From contig CAWBHS010000111.1 in NCBI GenBank assembly GCA_963788655.1, positions 1-33,223 on the forward strand: 33,223 nucleotides of DNA. The letters run 5' to 3'. This DNA comes from an uncultured Verrucomicrobiae bacterium (lineage in GTDB: Bacteria > Verrucomicrobiota > Verrucomicrobiia > Limisphaerales > JAFGQR01). Positions within the stretch are counted from its first letter, which is position 1. Each line of letters begins with the position of its first letter. This document shows, one piece after another, positions 20,116 through 29,472 of the stretch. A program made the position numbers and the translations under genes. The notes under the pieces are model-generated. The model ran no database searches. It was not told where the DNA came from and worked only from the letters and a program-made list of their open reading frames with translations.

Positions 20116-20172
20116 AATAAAAAACCCGCCACATTTGAGCTTGGCTTGCACCAGAGGCTTGGCAGGTATGCT
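20116..20172 (-). ncRNA. abiF-type RNA motif (candidate RNA antitoxin) upstream of the Abi gene
   Basis: ACCTGCCA-AGCCTCT...-TGGCGGGT stem followed by a T-tract; possible promoter TGGACA-16-TATTGT just upstream. Confidence 0.72.
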
Positions 20173-20248
20173 GGGAACACAATACCCAACGCTGGGTTTT
20201 TGTCCACATCAAATGTGAACATTTTGTGAATAAGATGTGGGCTGGTTA

Positions 20249-20302
20249 TCATGCCGCGAGCACCTCGTTGAGTTCATCGAGCAGCTTGGGCAGTTGCTCG
20301 CC
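20249..20302 (-). repeat. hsdR: Duplicated hsdR 3' end
   Basis: GEQLPKLLDELNEVLAA* versus GDQLPALLDELNTVLAA* at 22101-22154. Confidence 0.88.
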
Positions 20303-20309
20303 GCTTGTG

Positions 20310-20415
20310 GGAGCGCGGGCTTCAGCCCGCTTCACCGTGGACCTACCAGGAGACGTGACGGCATTTCCAGCGTCGTCGGCATCCGGGCGTTGAAGCGGCG
20401 TGAACGCCGCGCTCC
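20310..20415. repeat. Inverted GGAG-type REP doublet
   Basis: GGAGCGCGGGCTTCAGCCCGCTTCA (20310-20334) and inverted GGAGCGCGGCGTTCACGCCGCTTCA (20391-20415), with compensatory stem changes. Confidence 0.8.
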
Positions 20416-20433
20416 GAGATTGGCGCGTCGCAT

Positions 20434-20745
20434 TCATTTCCGTGACCCCCGTTTTTTGCGCGTCGGTTCCTGTTCTTCGGCAGGTGCTGTCACGCGTTGG
20501 GCACAGGACGGGCAACGAAAGATATTATCCGCCAATTGCACGAAGCGGAGGCCGGTGTCTTCACCCAAGGCGTCGCTGCGGCAGGTGATCAGCAGGCCGG
20601 TGCTGGTGACATCCTCCAGCAGGCCGCAGCGTGGACATTCCAGCAACTCGCGTTCGTTGGTGAAGACGCCGAGGGCCTTCGCCCGCTTTTGCAGGTCGGT
20701 TAGCTCCCGAGCCAGTTCATGCAGTTTCGTGTCTGACGGTTTCAT
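20434..20745 (-). CDS. Small hypothetical zinc-ribbon protein
   Basis: CPRC and CPSC motifs; ATGA overlap with the fic stop. Confidence 0.7.
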   Translation of the reverse strand: MKPSDTKLHELARELTDLQKRAKALGVFTNERELLECPRCGLLEDVTSTGLLITCRSDALGEDTGLRFVQLADNIFRCPSCAQRVTAPAEEQEPTRKKRGSRK

Positions 20746-21962
20746 GCAGCCCTCCCGGCGGGTTCGACCGGCAAATCAAGGAAGAGTTGCGGGAAGTAGA
20801 ATTCGTGAATTTTCGCCGGGAACGCCACGCGCAGCGGGCCTTTGGGACTGGGGGTTTCAAAATAACCCTCCTTCAGTCCCAGCTTGATGATTTCGACGGA
20901 GACGGTGGCGGCTTTGCCGGTGATTTCCTGCACGCGGGCGCGCGGGATTTCGCCTTCATCCACGAGGGTGCGAGCCACGTGCATCAGTTCCTCCCGATAG
21001 CGCTTGAGATGCAGGGCCTGAAACTGGAAGTAGCGTTCCACCCGTGTGCGCAGCGCGGGCAGGTTCAGGAGTCCGCTCATGAACTGGATCTGGTCGAGCA
21101 TGGTTTCGAGGAAGAACACGCAGAAGTCGGCCAGCGCCGCGTCGGAGAGATTGCCCCGGCCATCGAGATCGCCGCGCCGCCCCTGATCGGCGGCTTCCAG
21201 GCTGGCGTAGTAGCGTTGCCGATGGCGGGCCAGGCCGCGTGCGAGCGTCCACAGGCCGTGGCCGGCAATGCCGTGGTGGATCATCTGCGCGTGGGATTGG
21301 AGCCGGATGACGCGGCCGTTGCCGTCGCCAAATGGGTGGATCCAGGCAAGCCGATGGTGTGCCGCAGCGATGGCCACCAGACGGTCGGTTTCCAAAATAT
21401 ATTTGTCCCCGTAGAAGGAGTGAAACCGGCTCAAGAACTGGGGCAAGGCGGCAAAATCCGGCGGGGTATGTTTGCCGACATCCACCATGAAATCGCGCAG
21501 GCTTCCGGGTTGGAGTTGGTAACGCTGACCGCTCTTGGTGACAGCCCAGTGCAACGGTTCGGGGAGGCGGGTATAAAATTCACGGTGGAGCCAGCACAGA
21601 AAATCGGGGGAATAAACGTCCACCGACTCTCCAGCCATTCGCTCTTCCATGAGTTTTTCCACCGCGATGTGGGCCAGACTGAGCTGCTGGTTGGCATGCT
21701 GGGTTTGATCGTGCGAGAAATCGCGCTTCATCGCCCGTTCGATGTCCCGGGGGATGGTCTTGTGACCTTCGATCAGGTTGGAATAATAGCAGTTCATTTC
21801 GCGGACCAAATCCGCCACCCGCTGGAGCACCAGCGGTGAATGAACTTGGCCAGTCAACCGGCCCGACGCCTTGAGGATTTCACAGGTCAATTCAGCCAGA
21901 CGGCCACTCTGTGCCTTAGGGAGCAGAGGTTCCATCGCGCTGGGCTGCCGGTAAACTTCCAT
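20742..21962 (-). CDS. Fic family protein
   Basis: YYSNLIEG inhibitory-type motif and canonical HPFGDGNGRVIR. Confidence 0.93.
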   Translation of the reverse strand: MEVYRQPSAMEPLLPKAQSGRLAELTCEILKASGRLTGQVHSPLVLQRVADLVREMNCYYSNLIEGHKTIPRDIERAMKRDFSHDQTQHANQQLSLAHIAVEKLMEERMAGESVDVYSPDFLCWLHREFYTRLPEPLHWAVTKSGQRYQLQPGSLRDFMVDVGKHTPPDFAALPQFLSRFHSFYGDKYILETDRLVAIAAAHHRLAWIHPFGDGNGRVIRLQSHAQMIHHGIAGHGLWTLARGLARHRQRYYASLEAADQGRRGDLDGRGNLSDAALADFCVFFLETMLDQIQFMSGLLNLPALRTRVERYFQFQALHLKRYREELMHVARTLVDEGEIPRARVQEITGKAATVSVEIIKLGLKEGYFETPSPKGPLRVAFPAKIHEFYFPQLFLDLPVEPAGRAA

Positions 21963-22100
21963 ATCTCGAATAATCCGAAAATCTTTGTGAAAATCTTAGA
22001 ACAATACTAAACCACTAGTAACAAGCATTTTGTAAATCATCAAATCTTCATTTCCAACCGTTATCCGAAAATCTGTCTGAAGACCATACCTCCACACGGG

Positions 22101-24954
22101 CTACGCGGCCAGAACGGTGTTCAGTTCGTCCAGCAATGCCGGGAGTTGATCGCCAAACAACTGGTGGGCTTTGCCCAGACCGCCGCGCTGCACGAAGGGA
22201 GCATAATCGAAATCCCCGGGTCAATGCTGATGGCCGTGGCGATGTGATCGCGGATCAAATTCAGCCACGCGAGTTGCTCCGTGTTGAATTTGACGCCGGC
22301 CTTGGCTTGGTCCATGAGCCATTCGTTGAAGCGTTCGGTCACGGAGTCGGCGAAGGGCGCGAGGACGGGCTGTTGTTCCAGCGCAAAGCGGACGAGGGCG
22401 ACGAGGTCGGCAAAGCGGCCGGCCTGCGAGCGGCCTTTGACCTTGCCGGGTTTGGCGGCGGCGAAGGCGTTCCAGAGATTGTCCTCGGTCCAGGCGGCGT
22501 GCTGGTCGCGGAGTTTCTTTTCCAGTTCCTTGAGCATCGGTTCGGTGAGCCGCTGTTTGTAGGGGCGGCGAGTAGAGCAACTGGAGCGCGGTGATCTCGG
22601 CCTGGTGCTGCTCGATGTAGTCGCGGAAGGACTTGGCGGTCTCGGCATTGTTTTGCGTGCTGGCCTGCGCCGGGCCGGCGTAAATCAGGGTGTCCCGCGA
22701 AATGATGTCGATGGTCTGCTCGGCGGCCTTGGCGACTTTCTTGAGCAGGTTGCGGAGGTCGGGGTTGGTGGCGAGCGGCGCAAGGGCGGCTTTGACGCGG
22801 AGGTCACGGACCTCGGCGATTTCTTTGGGCGTGGGTTCGACGTAGGAAGCGGCCGGCGACGGAGCGCCAGCCCTACCTTTGGCTTCCGCCAGGATTTCGT
22901 CGGGGTCAATGGCGGCCAGCATGGCCTTTGGAAATTTGGGCGAGGGTCTGGCCTTTGGCGGTTTTGACCACCTCGGCTTCCACTTCGGCATCGAAGCGGC
23001 GTTCGAGGCGAATTAGCCGTCCCGCGAGGGACTCGACGGCGGCGACTTCGGTCGTGCCGAGCGCGGCGGCATCGAGGAGTTTGTCGAAGCTGACGGTGGG
23101 TTTCTTTTCCAGCGGACGGGATTCGGTCTGCACGCGTTCGGTCACGCCCACGGCATCCACGATGAGGTAGCGGGTCTTGCGTTTGACGCCGGGGTTGACC
23201 TGTTCCATCTCGGTGTCGGACACCACGCGCACGCCGCGGCCTTTCATCTGCTCGAAGAAGTTTTTCGACGCCACGCTGCGCATGAAGAAGACGATTTCCA
23301 GCGGCTTGATGTCCGTGCCGGTGGCGATCATGTCCACGGTGACGGCGATGCGCGGATTGTAGCTGTTGCGGAAGGCGCTGAGGATTTGTTCCGGCGTCAG
23401 GCTGGCGGTGCGTTCCCATTTGAACACCTCGATTTCCTTGCCGTCCACCAGCTTCTTGCCGACCGGGATGCGGGTGAACCCGGTGCGGTAGGTGATTTTC
23501 TGGCAGAAGTCGTTGCCCTTGCCGAACACCTCGCGGCAGAGGCGGACGATGTCGTCGGCGTGGGTGTCGTCCTTGGCGAAGATGAGCGTCTTGGGCAGGT
23601 CGGTGCGGCCGGGAAACATCTCGGTGAACACCTTGTCGCGGAACGTTTCCAGCACCGTGCGGATCTGGTCGGTGGCAACGACGTCGCGGTCGAGGTCGCT
23701 GGCGTCGTAGGCGAGGACTTCGTCGAGCTGTTCCCAGCGGACCTTGCGCGTCTGGCGGTCGCGTTTGTCCACCCAGAGCCCGGCCTCCACCTTTGAACCC
23801 GCCTTCGGTGATCTGCGTTTTGATGCGGTAGATGTCGCAGCCCACGTTCACGCCATCGGCCACGGCTTTCTCGTGGTTGTATTCCATCACGAGGTTTTGC
23901 TGGAAGAAGCCGAAGGTCTGCTTGGACGGCGTGGCGGTGAGGCCGATGAGCGAGGCATCGAAATAATCCAGCACCTGCCGCCAGAGATTGTAGATGGAGC
24001 GATGGCATTCGTCGGTGACGATGAAATCGAATTCCTCGATGGGGAACGCGGGGTTGTATTCCACCGGGACGGGCTGCTTGAAGAGCGTTTCGGCGGATTC
24101 AATCGGCAGGTCATCGAGGTCGGGGGCGGTTTCCGTCTCGCCTTTGAGCATGGAGTAAATGCGCTGGATCGTGCCGATGACCACGCGGGCGGAGGTGTCG
24201 AGCTGATTGCTGCTCAGGCGCTGGACGATGTATTCCTCGGTGAACTTGTAGTTGTTCACGGGCGAGACGAACTGCTGAAATTCCTTGAGCGTCTGGTCGC
24301 CGAGATTGCCGCGATCCACGAGGAACAGGACGCGTTTCGCCCCGGCGTATTTGACGAGGCGATAGATGAAATTGACGGCGGTGAAGGTCTTGCCCGAGCC
24401 GGTGGCCATCTGGATGAGCGCGCGCGGACGCCCGGCGATCAGGGAGACTTCGAGATTTTTGATGGCCTCGAACTGCGCGGGCCAGAGGTTGCCTTGGTCA
24501 GCGGCGGAAATTCCTGAAGACGCTGGGCGAGTTGTTTTTCCTGCTGCACCCAGGCGAGCAAGGTTTCCGGGCGATGAAACGAGAACACGCGACGGCTGCG
24601 CGGCTGGGGATCGAGGCGGTTGGTGAAGAAAGTTTCCGCGCCGGTGCTTTCGTAACAGAACGGCAGCGGTGATTTCCAGGCGGGCAGGCCGAACGGCACA
24701 CCGGCGACATACTTGGCGGATTGTTCCTCGACGCTCGTGAGGGTCACGCCGGCGGGCTTGGCCTCGACCGTGCCGATGGCTTTGGCGTCCACGAAGAGCG
24801 TGTAATCCGGTTCGCCGGTGGCAAAGGAGAGTTCGCAAACCGCTACACCGCGAGTTGCGCTGAGAGGTTGATTTTATCCTTCGTTTGGACAGCCCAGCCC
24901 GACGCGGTGAGCATGCGCGTCAATCTGTTCACGGGCTTTTTCCTCCGGAGTCAT
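22101..24954 (-). CDS. hsdR: Type I restriction enzyme R subunit, several indels
   Basis: MTPEEKAREQID, PDY.LFVD...VEAK nuclease motif, MATGSGKT, DECHRS, GLTATP, ATGTD, QMKGRGVR, C-terminus LLDELNTVLAA*. Confidence 0.95.
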
Positions 24955-24999
24955 TCAGACAATGTGAGCCAAGGACGAACGGGCACCACGGTAATCGGC

Positions 25000-25073
25000 G
25001 TTGAATGGATTAGCGTTCCCTGCCACTGCCAGTGCGGGACCACATATTTCCGGCATGAGTCGGCCTCGGTCAT
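25000..25073 (-). pseudogene. Degenerate 5' remnant of a different hsdR
   Basis: MTEADSCRKYVVP resembles the EADTCRKYVxPKL N-terminus of another HsdR subfamily. Confidence 0.5.
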
Positions 25074-25479
25074 GAAATAGCAGCCTTGGCTCGTTTGACA
25101 GGCGTGCTCGCCCGGGCGACAAAAGACTGCGAAACCAACCTGCTCGAATCAACGGCTGGAGGAATTCTTTAGCGCCCGCACCTGAATTTGCACGTAAAAA
25201 ATCAAGTCGATCTGTCCTGCCAACCACCCGAGTGCCAATTAGAATCTGCCGGTCACCCGAAGACATTGGTCGCATCGATGCGGCACCTTGAACCTGGTGA
25301 AGAATAGCTGCTGCGCCGTGACGGCTGAAATGGGACTTCCACAATGTAAGGGCTTTTTCGCGACTTCAATTGATCGAGGACCGGTTGCGATGCGTTATCA
25401 CCGTTCTCCCGGTCTCCCGCAAAGCACCCCGGCAATTTGCCCTTAATCGACCTGGGTGCCCGCGTTGCTGTCGGCAAAA

Positions 25480-28261
25480 TCAATCCACAACTGACGCAAA
25501 CTGGTAGTCTCCGGAATCCAGCGTCAGGATCGCTGTTCCCTTTTCCCGGCGGAGGAATTGAACACCCTGGACACGATCGAACGGCTTTCCGCTCTCCAGG
25601 ATCCGCGCCTGATCCGGCGCCGGAAGATAGACGGTCGCCGTCGCCCCCACCGGCACGCGCACGTGCAATATGAATTGACCTTTCTCTCGCCTCCATTCGC
25701 TCACGATGGTGCCCCGCACCGATTCGTACGCCGCCTTGACCCACTTCAAATCGCCCACCGGCTGAGGTTGGATGATGATCTTGTCGAACGCGACCGCGTC
25801 GGGCGCGGGCTGGATACCGGCCAGAGCCTTGTAGAACCACTCGCTGACGGACCCAAACATCGGGTGGTTGTGCGAGTAGGTGTTGTCGCTGAACTCCCAG
25901 TGCTCCCAAAGCGTGGTCGCGCCGCGCTCCAGCATGTGCCCCCAGCCCGGGAACGTGCGCTGGTTGACGATTTCGATAAGCAACGTCAGCCCGCCCCAAG
26001 TCGGTCAGCGCCTCGAGCATGAACTTGGTTCCGAAAATTCCCGTGCTGAGATGACCCTGGTGCGCCTCCTGGATGTCCTTGACGAGCACGTCGAGAGCCC
26101 GCGTCTTTTCCTCGGCGGGTACCAGTCCCAGGTGGAGCGCGAAGGCCTGGCACGCTTGCGTGGCGGCGTCATAACGGCCAGTGCCCGGTTGGAGAAACTT
26201 CTGGTTGAACGCGGCTTTGATGCGTTCGGCTTGGGCTTCGGCATCCGCTGCGTCGTCGTCGTTGCCCAGAATCCTGGCCATCCGGGCAAAGAGTTTCACG
26301 TTGAAATAGTAGAACGCCGTTCCCGTCAGCGCTCGCGGCTTGGGCACGAGGCTTTCGTGGTCGCTGATGCCGTTGTCCAGGATGCCGTCCTTCGCGCGTG
26401 AATGCAGCAGCGCGATCCATTGCTTGGTCGCCGCGTATTGGTGTTCCAGCAGACGCCGGTCGCCGTAATACTGGTACAGTTGCCAGACGAGGAGCGGTTG
26501 CGCCGTGCCCCAGCCAATCGGGCCCGACATGTCGCCAAGACCCGCGTCGCTGATGCCCACGTACGGCGCGGTTTCGGTGAAGCCGCCGTTCGGTCGCACG
26601 GCGTCCAGCGAGGTCCTGCGCGGCCTTCGCGTAGAAGCGCGACATGTCGAAATTCAGCATCGCCATTTCGCTCGACGCCACGATATCGCCGCCGTAGCCA
26701 AATTTCTCGCGGTGCGGGCAATCGGATTGGACGCTGAACAGATTCGCCAGTTCGGTCCACCGCACCATTTCCTGGATGCGGTTGAACAATTCATTCGAGC
26801 ATTCGAACGAACCGGCGGAGGGCACGTCGGAATTCAGCCGCAAACCCTCCAACGAATCGAGCGTGGGTTGGCCGGGGAATCCGGTGACTTCGACATAGCG
26901 AAAACCGTGGAACGTAAACCGCGGCGTGAAAACCTCCATTCCTTGCCCCTTCAACACGTATTCGTCGAGTTGGAACGCGGTCTTCGGCTGGCCCACCCCG
27001 TCGTAACGATAGTCCTTTCCACCGCCCTTGATCTGGCCGGCAACGGCGGTCATGCCGTTGAGGGTGCCGTCGGGATAAAGGAGTTCGCCGGAGCGCAAAC
27101 GCACCCGCGTGCCCGCCGGACCTTGGACCCGCAAGCGCGCCCAGCCCGCGAAGTTTTGTCCAAAATCGAAGATGAACACGCTCGGTTTCGGCTCGGTGAG
27201 CTTCACCGGCTTGAGCGTGCGCGTGATGCGGATGGGCGGCGCGTCCTGCGCCTGGAGCGGACCGAGTTGGGGCTTCCGCGCCAACACGGCGGTTGCCCAA
27301 CGCGAATCGTCAAAGCCCGCCGTGTCCCAGCCCGGCTGTTCGCGTCGCGCGTCATAGACTTCGCCCAGATAGACACTGTTGCGAAGGACCGGACCGTCGC
27401 CAACGCGCCAGGTTTCGTCGGTGCCGATAGTCTGCGACGTGCCGTCGGCGAACTCGACCACGAGTTGCACAATGGCGCGCGGCTCGCCGGTGGTGAGTGC
27501 CTCGCCCGGCTTGATGCGCCCCCACATCGCCAACGGCAACGGATTGAACCACCCGTTGCCCAACATGACGCCCACTGCGTTTCGTCCGCGCGTAAGCTGC
27601 GCCGTAACATCGTAAGTCGAATACAACACGCGTTTCGCGTAACTGGTCCACCCCGGATCCAGGACATGATCGCCCACGCGCTGCCCATTGAGGCGAAGCT
27701 CGTAGTAACCGAGGCCGCTGACGTAGGCGCGAGCGCGGGTCACCTGCTTGTCGAGCGTAAACTCCTTGCGGAACAGCGGTGCAGGATGATCGTCGAACGC
27801 CTTCTCAGCGGGGATTGGCCCGGCGACCTTCCGTTGAATCCACTTCGCCCGCCAATCATCCGGGCTGAAGCAATGCCATTTCCCACCATGCCGGCTGGCT
27901 GTAATCCGAGGCTTTGTTGTTCACATCCCACACGCGGACTTTCCAATAGACCCGTTGTCCCGAACGCAGCGTCTGGCCGGCATACGGCATATTAACCGAC
28001 TGGCCCGAAGCCACTTTGCCGCTGTCCCACAAGTCCGCCTGCCCCTCCGCCAGTTGGTCGGGCGTGGCGGCCGCGAGGATCTGATAAGCAGTCTGGCGCT
28101 GGCCGCGTCCGTCGGATTCAAGCACCCAGCTCAAGCGCGGCTGCGGGGTATCAAGGCCCAACGGATTGGTGCGGTAATCACACTTCAAAGCGCCCACGTC
28201 TCAAATTCGCACCCAGACAGGTGCATAGGGAAAGCATCAGCAATAGCGTAGCTCTGGTCAT
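25480..28261 (-). CDS. Secreted GH78 alpha-L-rhamnosidase, with indels
   Basis: Signal peptide, NPLGLDTPQPRLSW, ARAYVSGLGYYEL, DFGQNFAGW, FTFHGFRYVE, DCPHREKFGYGGD, GATTLWEHW, SHNHPMFG. Confidence 0.93.
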
Positions 28262-28391
28262 GCCGGTACGATATAGAGCCAAGCGGCGGGGCGACAAGGC
28301 GAAATCCGGCTACTTGTCGTAAAGCAGGCGCACACAGATAACAAAACGGCTTGGCCGCTGCTCCGTTTCTCTGTCACATTCAGCGCCGACG

Positions 28392-29441
28392 ATGAACCGA
28401 AAATTCTTCTCCATTATTTTGGCGAGCGCAGTCAGCGCTTTTTTCCTGTGCGGCTGTGCGACCGTATCCAAGCCACCGCTGGAACAGCAAGTCGGCGAGT
28501 CGGTGGTCTTCATCGGCGACCAGCCCGCCGCCCTCGCTTGGCTGCCGATTCGTGGCCAGCCCTTGCACGTGCGCAGCACTTACCTGCCGGCGGCCGATAC
28601 GGTGGAATACACCGAGGGGCGTGATTTCACTGTGGACTACGCGAAGGGCACCCTCCAGCGCACGCCAGGGTCGCGCCTGCCCGACTTCCGCACGAACATT
28701 CTCTTTGGCCAGGAGAGCTTCGACCACACCAAGTTCCCCGGATACGGTAACGGCGGATTTTTTGCGTTCGTGGATTACTCCTTCAGGAAGGCAACAGCCT
28801 GGCCAGTGCAGGCACCGCAAACAAACCTTCTCCAACGAACGCACGCCAGGCTGGTGGGAGGAGAAAGCGTGAAAATCGTGGCGTTCGGCGACAGCATCAC
28901 GGCCGGCGGTGAGGCTTCCAAGCCGGAATACATCTTCTGGAACCGCTGGGCGAATGAGTTGCAGCGCAAGTACCCAGTCGCCCGTATCACCGCTCGGAAC
29001 GGCGCCACCGGCGGTGACAGCACGGTGCAGGGTTTGCAGCGGCTACCGGCCAAGGTGCTGGCGGAACACCCGGATCTGGTGTTGATAGGTTTTGGCATGA
29101 ATGACCACAACATTGGGGGCGTGCCCGTGCCTCAGTTTGAGCAAAACCTTAAGGTAATGATCGATCGCATTCGCCAGGAAACCGGGGCTGAGGTTATCCT
29201 GTTTTCCGCGTTTCCGCCCAATCCAAAGTGGAAGTTCGGGTCGCATCATATCGCGGACTACGCGGCCGCAACGGAGCGCGTGGCTCGTGAAGTATCTTGT
29301 GCCTACGCTGACGTGTTTAACAACTGGCAGGCGCTGGCGAAGCGCAAGAAGCCGGAGGATTTGCTCGGCAACAACATCAATCACCCGAACGATTTTGGGC
29401 ATTGGATTTATTCTCGGGTGCTCTGCGCGATGGGCCTCTGA
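28392..29441 (+). CDS. SGNH/GDSL hydrolase, probable lipoprotein
   Basis: LCGC lipobox-like signal; FGDSIT, GFGMND, NHPNDFGH. Confidence 0.9.
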   Translation: MNRKFFSIILASAVSAFFLCGCATVSKPPLEQQVGESVVFIGDQPAALAWLPIRGQPLHVRSTYLPAADTVEYTEGRDFTVDYAKGTLQRTPGSRLPDFRTNILFGQESFDHTKFPGYGNGGFFAFVDYSFRKATAWPVQAPQTNLLQRTHARLVGGESVKIVAFGDSITAGGEASKPEYIFWNRWANELQRKYPVARITARNGATGGDSTVQGLQRLPAKVLAEHPDLVLIGFGMNDHNIGGVPVPQFEQNLKVMIDRIRQETGAEVILFSAFPPNPKWKFGSHHIADYAAATERVAREVSCAYADVFNNWQALAKRKKPEDLLGNNINHPNDFGHWIYSRVLCAMGL

Positions 29442-29472
29442 CCAATGCGGAAGTGGGAAAGGCTTGAATGCT

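Noticed and set aside
6966..22154. Classical integron
   Set aside because: No tyrosine integrase and no recognisable attC sites; boundaries are hsd coding fragments
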